From: Candidatus Amarobacillus elongatus
GTDB taxonomy: Bacteria; Chloroflexota; Dehalococcoidia; Tepidiformales; Tepidiformaceae
Direction: 5' to 3'
NCBI GenBank assembly: GCA_016703545.1
Contig: JADJBX010000001.1
Location: 643,186 to 707,185, forward strand
DNA length: 64,000 bases
Below are positions 55,503 through 64,000 of this stretch, piece by piece (within the stretch, counting starts at the first letter, position 1; every line of letters begins with the position of its first letter). The notes beneath the pieces were generated by a model, which saw only the letters and a program-made list of their open reading frames with translations, was not told where the DNA came from and searched no databases. The position numbers were made by a program, and so were the translations under genes.

Positions 55503-55707
55503 ACCGGCGCATGAAGGGCAGGAGCATACGGATGCCCCCGACCATCGCGACAGCGAGTCCGATCGTGATCCCGACGAGTGTCAATACGGGCTCGAAACCG
55601 GTTGCCGCGTCGGCCCAACGGCCAATCACGACCCCGAGGATGATACAGGTGGCGAAATACCACCCGATCCCAAGCAGGTAGGCAGTTGGCACCATCCAGC
55701 TGCCCAC
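55480..55707 (-). CDS. AtpZ/AtpI-like small membrane protein
   Basis: 75 aa with two TM helices (YLLGIGWYFATCIILGVVIGRWAD...LTLVGITIGLAVAMVGG), immediately upstream of atpB. Confidence 0.7.
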   Translation of the reverse strand: MGSWMVPTAYLLGIGWYFATCIILGVVIGRWADAATGFEPVLTLVGITIGLAVAMVGGIRMLLPFMRRFGTGPTE

Positions 55708-55757
55708 AGCCGCCTCCCCAGGCGCCCGGTCTCCAGACCCGGCGCATCATAGCCAGA

Positions 55758-55775
55758 TTGTGAATCAATGCGCAA
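55758..55775. promoter_or_regulatory. Rex-operator-like site upstream of the atp operon
   Basis: TTGTGAATCAATGCGCAA. The left half matches 7/7 and the right half 5/7 versus TTGTGAA-N4-TTCACAA. It lies 51-68 nt upstream of the atpI-like start. Confidence 0.4.
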
Positions 55776-55798
55776 CCGACCCCGAGGGCCTCGCGCGG

Positions 55799-56338
55799 CT
55801 ATTTTCTGGGGTCGCCGAAGTCCTCGAGATCGAGGCTTTCGATGAAGTCCTTGAAGGCGCCCAGGCGTTCCAGTTCGGCCGGATCGACGGGCCGGGAGGA
55901 TTCGCCGACGCTCACGGAAGGCTGCGGCTTGCCCTCTTCATCGAGTACGACGCCGGCGCGATCGAGCACGGTTTCCTCGGCGAAGATGGGGGCTTCGACG
56001 CGCACAGCCAGGGCGATCGCATCACTCGGGCGGGAATCGATCTCCATCGTTTCGCCGTGCACATCGAGGACGATGCGGGCGAAGAACGTGTCGTTCGAGA
56101 TGTCGTTCACGAGGATGTAGACGACGCGGCCGCCGAGCTGCTCGATGAGGTTGCGGATGAGGTCGTGCGTGAGGGGGCGGGCGACGGTGACATCCTGCAG
56201 GCGCACGGCGATGGCCTCGGCCTCCGCGGCGCCGATCCAGATCGGGAGGTACCGGTCGGCATCTTTTTCGCGCAGGATGACGACGCGCTGGTAGTTCATC
56301 ATGCTGAGGCGAATGCTTTCAATAGTTAGCTCTTTCAC
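55799..56338 (-). CDS. Bifunctional nuclease (DUF151/BFN) family protein
   Basis: GTG 56338. Contains KELTIESIRLSMMNYQRVVILREKDADRYLPIWIGAAEAEAIAVRL....ARPLTHDL.... Confidence 0.8.
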   Translation of the reverse strand: MKELTIESIRLSMMNYQRVVILREKDADRYLPIWIGAAEAEAIAVRLQDVTVARPLTHDLIRNLIEQLGGRVVYILVNDISNDTFFARIVLDVHGETMEIDSRPSDAIALAVRVEAPIFAEETVLDRAGVVLDEEGKPQPSVSVGESSRPVDPAELERLGAFKDFIESLDLEDFGDPRK

Positions 56339-56433
56339 GTTCGCACCGCCTCGGTCGGATCCGGCTCTGGATTCATGGTAGGAGCGGCCTGATCGGCGAG
56401 TCAATGGACCAACGGGCGGGGTTCGAATCCGGT

Positions 56434-57699
56434 TCAGGGGATGGCGCCGGCGGTGCGCGCGGCGGGCCGCCGCGAGGGCCGGAAGTTCAGGACCGCCGCG
56501 GCCGCAATACAGGCGGAAACGAGAGCCATCACGGGGGTCACGCCGACCTGGTCGGTGAGCGCGCCGGCGGCGAGCACGGGCAGGGCGGAGGCGAGCGCGG
56601 AGAGCGCCGCCTGCGTGGAATTGACCCTCCCCTGGAGATGCAGCGGGACGCGGTCGTTGATGACGGTTTGGGCGGCGACCGAGACGGTGGCGTAGGCGAA
56701 GCCGAGGGGGAAGGTGGTGACCATGGCGAGGACGCCGCCGCCATCGAAGCTGCCGATATCGACGGCGCCGAGCCAGGCGAACATCCCGTAGCCCGCGAGG
56801 AACTCGGCCTCGGGGTTGACGAACGTGATGAACGCGCGCAGCGGCACGAAGAGGGCGAACCCGGCCGAGGACAGCACGGAATGCGGCACACGGTGCGAGA
56901 GGAAGCCGGCGGTTCGCAGGCCGAGCGCGATGCCGAGGACGGCCGGCATCAGGACGACGGCGCCGACATCGACGGGCAGGCTCAGGACGCTCGTGAGGTA
57001 CCCCGGGATGAGGCCGGCGATGACGATGATGGCGGCGGAGATGACGGTGAGTTCGATCGCGGCGTGCATGACGAGGGGGTCGCGTTGCATGGCGCGCCAG
57101 CCGGCCTTCCACCAAGCGCCTCCAGCGTCGGCCGATTCGCCGCCCACTTCGACCCGGGCGGGCGGGTGGACGCGCCCGATCAGCACGGCCTGCACGGCCG
57201 CAAGCACGAACATCACGGCACAAAGGCCGAAGAGGACGTCGGGAGTTTCGAACACGCGCAGGAGCAGGGGCGTGAGGACGCCGAGGCCGACCACCTGCGC
57301 GGCGCCGCCGACGGCGTGGCTGATCGCGTTGGCGCGGGCGTAATCGGCGCGGTCGACGATGGCGGGGAGGACGGTGCCCTCCGCGGTGGCGGCGAACTGG
57401 GTGAGGGTGGAGACGGCGATGGCGACGATGAAGTACGTCTCGACGCCGCCCGAGCCGCGAATGAACCAGATGCAGATGGCCGCCCGGGCGATGTCGCCGA
57501 GGAAGATGACGGGCCGCCGGGGGAAGGTATCGGCGACGGCGCCCGCGGCGATGCCCGCGACGGTGGAGGGAATGACCAGGGCGAGCACGAGCAGGCTCGA
57601 GAGGAAGGCGCGGTCCGTTTCGCGAACGATGAGGAGGACGAGGGCGAAGTTCAGGCAGTTATGGGCGACGCGCGACCAGAAGCGCGTGTAGCTGAGCAT
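56434..57699 (-). CDS. MFS transporter
   Basis: 12-TM pattern with motif-A-like region ADTFPRRPVIFLGD. The first ATG is at 57699. The conserved ..QRQFR.. just upstream suggests the real start may be earlier (GTG 57777), overlapping the DUF951 gene. Confidence 0.8.
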   Translation of the reverse strand: MLSYTRFWSRVAHNCLNFALVLLIVRETDRAFLSSLLVLALVIPSTVAGIAAGAVADTFPRRPVIFLGDIARAAICIWFIRGSGGVETYFIVAIAVSTLTQFAATAEGTVLPAIVDRADYARANAISHAVGGAAQVVGLGVLTPLLLRVFETPDVLFGLCAVMFVLAAVQAVLIGRVHPPARVEVGGESADAGGAWWKAGWRAMQRDPLVMHAAIELTVISAAIIVIAGLIPGYLTSVLSLPVDVGAVVLMPAVLGIALGLRTAGFLSHRVPHSVLSSAGFALFVPLRAFITFVNPEAEFLAGYGMFAWLGAVDIGSFDGGGVLAMVTTFPLGFAYATVSVAAQTVINDRVPLHLQGRVNSTQAALSALASALPVLAAGALTDQVGVTPVMALVSACIAAAAVLNFRPSRRPAARTAGAIP

Positions 57700-57739
57700 G
57701 CGGAACTGACGCTGCTGCCAGGGGCCGCGCGCGTGGCCG

Positions 57740-57940
57740 CTAGTCGGCGGCGGTGGCGGAGACGAGTGACTTCGCACGGGATTCGAAGCGGCGCCGGTCG
57801 AGGAGAACGCGGCGGGCGCAGGTGGTGCACTCGATGCCGATATCGGCGCCGGTGCGAAAGACGCGGAAATCGAACCCTCCACAGGGATGCGGGCGGCGCA
57901 TGCGGTAGACCTCCCCTTCGCGGACGGTGGGGATATCCAT
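57740..57940 (-). CDS. DUF951 family protein
   Basis: Contains ...RMRRPHPCGGFDFRVFRTGADIGIECTTCARRVLLDRRRFE.., the characteristic DUF951 pattern. Confidence 0.75.
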   Translation of the reverse strand: MDIPTVREGEVYRMRRPHPCGGFDFRVFRTGADIGIECTTCARRVLLDRRRFESRAKSLVSATAAD

Positions 57941-57941
57941 G

Positions 57942-58739
57942 TCAGAGGGGTGCGAGCGCGGCGGCGTTCAGTTCATCGCGAAGCTGGCGGGCGGCCTCAC
58001 GGGCGGCCTCGGCGAACCCCGGACCCTCAGCGGCGTACATGATGGAGCGGCTGGCGTTGACGACCATACTGCCGGGGACGGCGCCGGCGGCGGCGACGAC
58101 ATCCTCGGCACGGCCGCCCTGCGCCCCCACGCCAGGGACGAGGAGGGTGACGGCGGGGAGGAGTTCGCGGACGCGGCGCAGCTCGGCCGGAGCGGTCGCG
58201 CCGACGACGAGGCCGACGGCGGGGGACCAGCTCGCGGCGGTCACGGCGACGTGTTCGAACAGGAGCGTGCCGTTGGCGAGTGGCTGCTCCTGGAACTCAC
58301 GGGAGCTCGGGTTCGAGGTGCGGCAGAGGACATACACGCCCCTGCCCTCGTAGGCGAGGAACGGGGCGACGGTGTCGAGGCCCTGGTAGCCGTTCACGGT
58401 GACGGCGTCGAACTTCCAGATTTCGAAGGCGGCGCGAGCGTACGCCTCGGCGGTGTTGCCGACGTCGCCGCGCTTGATATCGCCGATGACGGGGATGCCC
58501 GCGGGGATGGCGGCGAGCGTCTCTTCGAGGGCGCGCAGACCGGGGATGCCGTGCTGTTCGTAGAAGGCGATGTTGGGCTTGTAGCAGGCGGCGTAGGGCG
58601 CGGTGGCGGCGATGATCGCGCGGTTGAATGCGGCGAGATCCTCGATGCGGTGCTTCTTGAAGTCCGGGTCGAGGCCCACGCAGACGAGGGTGCCGGCTTC
58701 ACGGCTGCGTGCGGCGAGCCGCTCTGCATAGCTGGTCAT
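57942..58739 (-). CDS. pyrF: Orotidine 5'-phosphate decarboxylase (type 2)
   Basis: ATG 58739 gives MTSYAERLAARSREAGTLVCVGLDPD...YKPNIAFYE...VIGDIKRGDVGNT.... It overlaps the murI stop (ATGA). Confidence 0.9.
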   Translation of the reverse strand: MTSYAERLAARSREAGTLVCVGLDPDFKKHRIEDLAAFNRAIIAATAPYAACYKPNIAFYEQHGIPGLRALEETLAAIPAGIPVIGDIKRGDVGNTAEAYARAAFEIWKFDAVTVNGYQGLDTVAPFLAYEGRGVYVLCRTSNPSSREFQEQPLANGTLLFEHVAVTAASWSPAVGLVVGATAPAELRRVRELLPAVTLLVPGVGAQGGRAEDVVAAAGAVPGSMVVNASRSIMYAAEGPGFAEAAREAARQLRDELNAAALAPL

Positions 58740-59521
58740 GAGATGGCCTCCGCGGGGTGTGAGGCGAATCCGAGGCGTGCCATCACGGCCCGGAACGCCT
58801 CGCGATCGCCGGTGACGATGAGGTCGAGCGCGCCCGCCTGGGAATCGGGGGCGGCAAGGTCGTTCTCGTGGAGCACGGCAACCGCGCGGCGGGCGACGGC
58901 TTCGCTGGTCTCGACAGTGGTCACGCCGGGGAAGCGCGCGACGACGTCCTCGGCGAGGAAGTGATAGTGGGTGCAACCAAGGACGACGGTATCGGCGCCG
59001 GCGGCGATGGCGGGGCCGAGGATGCGCCCGATGGTCTCGCGTGCGGCGTCGGTGCCCGACTCGCCACGTTCCACGAGTTCGGCGAGACCGTGGCCGGGGA
59101 CGTTCTCGATGGTCACGCCGCGGCCGAATTCGTCGACCACGCGTGCGTAGAGTTCGCCATCGAGGGTGCCGGGCGTGGCGAGGATGGCAACGCGGCCGGA
59201 GCGGGACTTCTGGGTGGCGGGCTTGAGGCCGGGGACCATGCCCACGAATGGCACCGGGAAGGCGTCGCGGAGGTCGGCGATCGCGGCGGCGGAGGCGGTG
59301 TTGCAGGCGACGACGATCATCTTGCAGCCGGCGCCGGCGAGCCGGTGGGCGATGGCGAAGCTGCGCTTGCGCACCTCGGCCGCGGGCCGGGGGCCGTACG
59401 GGAAGAATGCGGTATCCGCGAAATAGATAACGCGTTCGTGGGGGGCGAGGCGCTGGAAGTCGCGGAGGACGCTGAGGCCGCCAACGCCGGAATCGAACAT
59501 CCCTACAGGCCGGGGATCCAT
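58736..59521 (-). CDS. murI: Glutamate racemase
   Basis: Contains MDPRPVGMFDSGVGGLSVL...YFADTAFFPYG...VVACNTAS...LGCTHYHFL. An alternative GTG start lies at 59539. Confidence 0.9.
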   Translation of the reverse strand: MDPRPVGMFDSGVGGLSVLRDFQRLAPHERVIYFADTAFFPYGPRPAAEVRKRSFAIAHRLAGAGCKMIVVACNTASAAAIADLRDAFPVPFVGMVPGLKPATQKSRSGRVAILATPGTLDGELYARVVDEFGRGVTIENVPGHGLAELVERGESGTDAARETIGRILGPAIAAGADTVVLGCTHYHFLAEDVVARFPGVTTVETSEAVARRAVAVLHENDLAAPDSQAGALDLIVTGDREAFRAVMARLGFASHPAEAIS

Positions 59522-59577
59522 CGCCGGTAAGCATAGCACCGGATGCGCGGACGCCGAGGCGGCGCGATGCTACCGCA

Positions 59578-60309
59578 ATGCTGGAACGAATCGACCTGGC
59601 GATGCTGCCGGCGGAGGCCGAGGCGATGCCCTCGGAGGCGTACATCGTCGTCGATGTGCTGCGCGCGACGACCACGATCGCGACGCTGTTCGCGGGGGGG
59701 ATGACGTCGCTCATCGCGGCGGGACGGCTAGAGCTGGCGCGCCACCTCGCGGCAGCCGAGGGCCGGCTGCTGATGGGCGAGGTGGGCGGCTTGCCGCCGG
59801 CCGGGTTCGACTTCGGCAACTCGCCGGTGGAGGCGGCCGCGGCGCCGGTGGCGGGCCGGGGCGGGGTGCTCTTCACGACGAACGGGACGGCGGCGCTCTG
59901 CCTGCTGGCGGGCCGGGGCGCGGTCTTCGCGGGGGCGGCAGCGAACGCGACAGCGCTCGCGGCGTACGTGGCGGGGCACTTTCGCAGCGCGACGATCGTC
60001 TGTGCCGGGAACGCGGCGGGGGCGCGCTTCTCGCTCGAGGATTTCGCGGCGGGCGGGTTGCTTGCCGGCGCGCTCTCGGAGGCGGCGCCGGGGGCGGCAC
60101 TGGGTGACGCGGCCGCCCTCGCGCGGCACACCCCGGACCTCGCGGACCTCATCGGCCTTTCGGACCATGCCGCCATCGTGCGCGGGCTCGGGTTGGCCCA
60201 CGACATCGACTTCGCGAGCCGTCTCGACACCTCGGCGGCGGTGCCGATGGTGGTGGCGTGCGGAGATGGCTGGGCGCGGATCGAGGCAGTTATGACCTCG
60301 GCGGGCTAG
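59578..60309 (+). CDS. comB: 2-phosphosulfolactate phosphatase family protein (ComB-like)
   Basis: Contains VVDVLRATTTIATL...GFDFGNSP...FTTNGTAAL.... Confidence 0.8.
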   Translation: MLERIDLAMLPAEAEAMPSEAYIVVDVLRATTTIATLFAGGMTSLIAAGRLELARHLAAAEGRLLMGEVGGLPPAGFDFGNSPVEAAAAPVAGRGGVLFTTNGTAALCLLAGRGAVFAGAAANATALAAYVAGHFRSATIVCAGNAAGARFSLEDFAAGGLLAGALSEAAPGAALGDAAALARHTPDLADLIGLSDHAAIVRGLGLAHDIDFASRLDTSAAVPMVVACGDGWARIEAVMTSAG

Positions 60310-61649
60310 CGGCGGCTCGTTTGCCAGCGCTGTTCGAGGTCCGCGAGGGCGCGGGCGTCGGGTTCGCGGCCGGCGTACCGGGCCTGCTCGAAGGCGGCGG
60401 TGATGTCATCCGTCACGGGGGTCGCGAGGGCACTGCGAAGCCCGGGGGCGATCTCCTCGGGGGTGTCGCCCGGTTCGCGCGTGAGGCCGGACCGGCGGGC
60501 GTGGTCGAGCGTTTCGAGGTAGAGGCGTTCAGCGGATGACGCGGGCGCCGGGGCCCGCGAGCGTGAGCCGCGATTGAGGATGTTGCCGAAGAGCGAGCGG
60601 AGGTCCTCTCCCACGCTGCCGGAGGTGGAGCGGTCGCCGAGTTCCTTGTGCAGGCGGCGGGGGTGGCGGCGCAGGCGCATGTACCAGGCCACGGCGCCCG
60701 CGAGGATCGCGAGCACGATGACGAGGCCCACCATGCGGAAAAGGATGTTGATGAAGGTGCGGAAAGTGGAGGGGTCGGAGCCACCGGCTTCGTCGCCGCC
60801 GCGAATGGGTTGGCGGGCCTCCTGGGCGAGGTTGGCGAAGGGGTTTTCGTCACCGAAGAGGAGGCGCATGACGGACTGGATGATCCACGCGAAGGGCGTG
60901 AGGATGATGGTCAGGACGATCTCGATGGTGCGGCCGAGGATGGCGCCGATCGTGGGGCCGGCGATGCCGAAGAGCACGCCGAAAACGATGACGCAGAGGA
61001 TGGTGGCGCCCACGGTCGCGGCGAGGAGGGCGGCGGTGATACCGCCGGCGCGCAGCTCGCCAATGGTGGCGCCGCTCATCGCGAGCTGCGAACAGGCGAG
61101 GGCGACGACGGCCACGGCGTAGAACGCGACGCCCGCGCGGGCGACTTCGCCGGAGCGGTCGGTGGCGGCGCCGATGACGACCATGGTCGTCACGAGCAGG
61201 AACGGCACGCCCACCGTGCGCGGCATGAGTTCGAGTTCAATCTCCTCGGCGGCGCGGGAGGAGGAGCGGGCCCAGAGGGCGACGGCGAGCACGGCGCTGA
61301 ACAGCAGCGGGAAGCGGCCGCGGACGGTGTCGCCGGCATCCCGGGCGAAGTCGGTGATCCAGGAGAGGTCCCAGATGGCGACGTCGCCTTCGAAGCTGAG
61401 GCGGAGGGAGCCGACGATGGCCACGTAGGCGACGACGCCCGCGATGGCGGCGGAGACGCTAGGGGAGAGATCCAGCTCCTCGCGGGCGCGCATGAGGCCG
61501 AAGGCGAGCAATCCAAGGAGTACGAACAGCCAGCCGCCCATGGCGTGCGGCGTCTCGTGCGTGCCGAGGCCGGCCATCAGTTCGGCCCCCGTGTAGAACG
61601 CGAGGGCTTCGGCGGCGAGTGCGGCGACGACGGCGGCGGCGGCAATCAC
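60306..61649 (-). CDS. Multi-pass membrane protein with C-terminal DUF4129-like domain
   Basis: GTG 61649 overlaps the DUF58 stop (GTGA). It has about 9 hydrophobic helices. The cytoplasmic tail ...ERLYLETLDHARRSGLTREPGDTPEEI...AFEQARYAGREP is typical of DUF4129. Confidence 0.7.
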   Translation of the reverse strand: MIAAAAVVAALAAEALAFYTGAELMAGLGTHETPHAMGGWLFVLLGLLAFGLMRAREELDLSPSVSAAIAGVVAYVAIVGSLRLSFEGDVAIWDLSWITDFARDAGDTVRGRFPLLFSAVLAVALWARSSSRAAEEIELELMPRTVGVPFLLVTTMVVIGAATDRSGEVARAGVAFYAVAVVALACSQLAMSGATIGELRAGGITAALLAATVGATILCVIVFGVLFGIAGPTIGAILGRTIEIVLTIILTPFAWIIQSVMRLLFGDENPFANLAQEARQPIRGGDEAGGSDPSTFRTFINILFRMVGLVIVLAILAGAVAWYMRLRRHPRRLHKELGDRSTSGSVGEDLRSLFGNILNRGSRSRAPAPASSAERLYLETLDHARRSGLTREPGDTPEEIAPGLRSALATPVTDDITAAFEQARYAGREPDARALADLEQRWQTSRR

Positions 61650-62857
61650 GCCGGAGCCTGCGCTGGCGAGTGACGGCCGCCGATGACGGTCACGGGGAGG
61701 CCGGGGGGCAGCGCCGGCGTGACGCGGTCGGTGGTGGCGACGACGAACACGCGGTGGCCTTCGTCCTGCAGGCGGAGCAGCACACCCGCGAGCGACTCCG
61801 GCACGAGCGCGGCGACGCACACGATGGTGCTGCCCGCGGGGATGCGGTTGCCTTCGCGGTGAAGGGTGCCGGCGAGGTCGCCGAGGGTGAGGGGCTGGAT
61901 AACGGCGAGCGCTTCGAGCACGCGCGTCAGCTGGTCGCGGCTGCGGGAGGGTGCGAGGCGGATGGGGCGGTCGGCGTTGGGGAAGGAGCCGTTCGCCATG
62001 AGGCCGACGGAGTAACGCTGCCCGGCGGCCCACACGGCGATGGACGCGGCGGCGGACACGGTGAACTCGAGGTCGTCCTTGAGGTACCCCTCCCAGGCGT
62101 GTTCGAGGGTATCGATGTTGAGGACGACGTAGAGCTGCTGTGTCGCGCTCGGTTCGTACACGCGGGAGGTGAGCTCGCCGTGGCGGGCGGTGGCCTTCCA
62201 GTCGATGCGCTTGAGCGGGTCGCCGGGGCGGTAATCGCGCAGGCCGGCGATGCGCAGGGGATCCTCGAACACGCGGTTGCCGCCCTTTCGTTCGCCGAAC
62301 GGGCGGTCGGCGGGGAGGCCGAGCTCCGCCATCGAGACGACCCGCGGAAAGACGATGAGGGCGTCGGACGTTCGATCCTCGATGGTGCGGGGGAAGACGC
62401 CGAACAGGTCGCCGGACTTGATGGAGCCGGGCCCGACCTGGTGGTAGCCGCGCTCGGAGGCGTGGATGTCGTACTGCCAGGTCCGTTTTTCGTACCAGCC
62501 CATGGCGCCGCGCTTCACGAGCCAGCTCAGCCCCGGGACAGTGGCCGAGGCGAGCATTTCGCCTTCGACCGTGATCGGATCGGCGAGGGCGAGGCGCCAT
62601 TCGTACCATGGCAGGGGCAGGAGTTTGCGGTTTTCGAGCTCGACTTCCAGCCGCACGGATTCGCCGGTGAAGGCGCGGTGTTCGCCGAGCCGGCGGACAA
62701 GGGTGACGCGGTCAAAAAGGTGCCGGGACCAGACGCGGCTCACCCCGCCGATGATGATGATGACGAACCCGACGCCGGAAATGGCGGGTTCGGAGGCCCC
62801 GAAGCCGACCAGGACGAGCAGCGCGCCCACGAGGAGCCAGGCGTCGCGAAAGGGCAT
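61646..62857 (-). CDS. DUF58 domain protein (vWA-like, MoxR-associated)
   Basis: N-terminal TM pair, then ...FEDPLRIAGLRDYRPGDPLKRIDWKATARHGELTSRVYE.. (DUF58 signature). Confidence 0.85.
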   Translation of the reverse strand: MPFRDAWLLVGALLVLVGFGASEPAISGVGFVIIIIGGVSRVWSRHLFDRVTLVRRLGEHRAFTGESVRLEVELENRKLLPLPWYEWRLALADPITVEGEMLASATVPGLSWLVKRGAMGWYEKRTWQYDIHASERGYHQVGPGSIKSGDLFGVFPRTIEDRTSDALIVFPRVVSMAELGLPADRPFGERKGGNRVFEDPLRIAGLRDYRPGDPLKRIDWKATARHGELTSRVYEPSATQQLYVVLNIDTLEHAWEGYLKDDLEFTVSAAASIAVWAAGQRYSVGLMANGSFPNADRPIRLAPSRSRDQLTRVLEALAVIQPLTLGDLAGTLHREGNRIPAGSTIVCVAALVPESLAGVLLRLQDEGHRVFVVATTDRVTPALPPGLPVTVIGGRHSPAQAPA

Positions 62858-62858
62858 G

Positions 62859-63839
62859 TCAGGACTCGACGGGGACGGGGACGCGGCGAAGGATGTCGGC
62901 GAGGAGCTCCTTCGTTTCGCGGCCGCGCAGGCGGGACTGGCTCGAAAGGATGAGCCGGTGCGGGAGGACGTGCGGCGCCATCGCCTTCACGTCGTCCGGC
63001 AGGACGTAGTCGCGGCCGTTGATGGCGGCGTAGGCGCGCGCCGAACGGAAGAGCGCGAGCGACGCGCGCGGGCTGGCGCCAAGCTCGAAGGCCGGGTCGT
63101 CACGGGTCGCGCGGACGAGGCGGACGGCGTAGCGGCGGACATCCGGGGCGACATGCATGTGGCCGAGGGCGGCGGCCAAGCGCACCAGCTCGTCGCCGTC
63201 GATGACCGGCGTGAGCGCATCGAGCGGGCTAGTGGATTCGAAACGGGCGAGGATTTCGTCCTCGTCGTCCTCGCCGGGGTAGCCGATTTCGAGGCGGAGG
63301 AGGAAGCGGTCGAGCTGGGCCTCGGGAAGCGGGAAGGTGCCTTCAAGCTCGACCGGATTCTGGGTGGCGAGCACGAGGAACGGCCGCGGAAGGCGGGTCG
63401 TGACCCCTTCGACGGTCAGCTGGCGCTCCTCCATCGCCTCGAGGAGGGCGGCCTGCGTGCGCGGGGTGGCGCGGTTGATTTCGTCCGCGAGCACGACCTG
63501 GGCGACGAGCGGACCCTCGCGGAAGGCGAACTCGCCGAGCTTCTGGTTATAGAAGTTGATGCCCGTGATGTCGGCGGGCATGAGGTCCGGAGTGAACTGG
63601 ATGCGGCGGAAGGAGCACCCGAGCGACCGGGCGATGGCGCGTGCGAGGGTGGTCTTGCCGGTGCCGGGGACGTCCTCGAGGAGGATGTGGCCTTCGCAGA
63701 GGAGGGCGACGAGCGCGAGACGAACGACCTCGCTCTTGCCGACGATGACGCGCTCGATGCTCGCCTGCATGCGTTCGGCGGTGGCGCGAATGGCATCGAC
63801 ATCGGCGGGCGTAAGCCGGTTGGCGGCGGGTGCGGTCAC
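62859..63839 (-). CDS. moxR: MoxR-family AAA+ ATPase
   Basis: Contains GHILLEDVPGTGKTTLARAIA (Walker A), ...VVLADEINRATPRTQAALLEAMEE (Walker B / sensor). 326 aa. Confidence 0.92.
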   Translation of the reverse strand: MTAPAANRLTPADVDAIRATAERMQASIERVIVGKSEVVRLALVALLCEGHILLEDVPGTGKTTLARAIARSLGCSFRRIQFTPDLMPADITGINFYNQKLGEFAFREGPLVAQVVLADEINRATPRTQAALLEAMEERQLTVEGVTTRLPRPFLVLATQNPVELEGTFPLPEAQLDRFLLRLEIGYPGEDDEDEILARFESTSPLDALTPVIDGDELVRLAAALGHMHVAPDVRRYAVRLVRATRDDPAFELGASPRASLALFRSARAYAAINGRDYVLPDDVKAMAPHVLPHRLILSSQSRLRGRETKELLADILRRVPVPVES

Positions 63840-63920
63840 GCGGGGCAGTCCTCCTGAGGCCGGGAATGCTACGCGAGTGACGGTGCGCGCGCGAACCGGC
63901 GTTCAGAGAGGGTACGCGGG

Positions 63921-63990
63921 GGAGTGGTTGTTGGTTGTCGGTTGTCGGCCGTACCCCGTACGCCGCGGGCCGTCGGCTCTCGGCTCTCGG
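63921..63990. repeat. Degenerate heptanucleotide tandem array (10 units)
   Basis: GGAGTGG TTGTTGG TTGTCGG TTGTCGG CCGTACC CCGTACG CCGCGGG CCGTCGG CTCTCGG CTCTCGG was read directly. It lies 80-150 nt upstream of the moxR start. Confidence 0.8.
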
Positions 63991-64000
63991 TGTGGCCATG

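Noticed and set aside
56395-56435. tRNA-like T-loop sequence GGGGTTCGAATCC.
   Set aside because: The flanks do not form a T-stem, acceptor or anticodon arm on either strand. It lies at the 3' end of the MFS gene.
63547-63999. ORF 63547..63999 (minus strand) starting at the window edge and reading through the heptad array into moxR.
   Set aside because: Its Arg/Pro-rich translation overlaps the well-supported moxR frame. It is more likely a non-coding upstream region.

Overview
This is a densely coding, high-GC bacterial chromosomal segment. By eye G+C is about two-thirds or more, and third codon positions are strongly G/C-biased. I saw no rRNA, CRISPR array, transposase or integrase. Genes I recognise, left to right: a secreted CAP/SCP protein, a LysM lytic transglycosylase, an orphan OmpR-type response regulator, an F420/PPOX-family protein, a CoA-transferase, mgtE, tRNA-His(GTG), a znuABC-like zinc transporter, gltBD (glutamate synthase), an aminotransferase, a small-enzyme cluster (muconolactone-isomerase-like, flavin reductase, ABM, Rieske, HadAB-like dehydratase pair), several small zinc-ribbon or Cys-rich proteins, recQ, holA, an HxlR regulator, a CaiB-type CoA-transferase, an ATL/MGMT-like protein, an HD-GYP protein, an APH/ATPase fusion, nitronate monooxygenase, serA, a class-V aminotransferase, rex, a pectin-acetylesterase-like lipoprotein, a methyltransferase, mreB, murA, a complete F1Fo ATP synthase operon (atpI-like, B, E, F, H, A, G, [HAD gene], D, C), a bifunctional nuclease, an MFS transporter, pyrF, murI, comB and a MoxR-DUF58-DUF4129 operon. 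The main points worth a second look are listed here. (1) An XRE-type HTH domain is fused in frame to SerA, with twin palindromes over its start. It sits next to an AT-richer ~1.4 kb segment of broken ORFs and a structured ~350-nt region. (2) Three Rex-operator-like sites lie in front of rex, gltBD and the atp operon. (3) atpB carries a ~160-residue acidic, His-rich insertion and a His-rich tail, and a HAD hydrolase gene sits inside the atp operon. (4) At least eight conserved genes are disturbed by 1-nt indels, including a compensated double frameshift inside gltB. This may be assembly noise or real decay, and it affects every gene call here. (5) There are several unexplained repeats and operator-like elements: an 11-bp AT-rich inverted repeat, a G10C6 tract and a 10-unit heptanucleotide array. 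Coordinates come from hand indexing against the ORF-track frames. Start codons are the least certain part.
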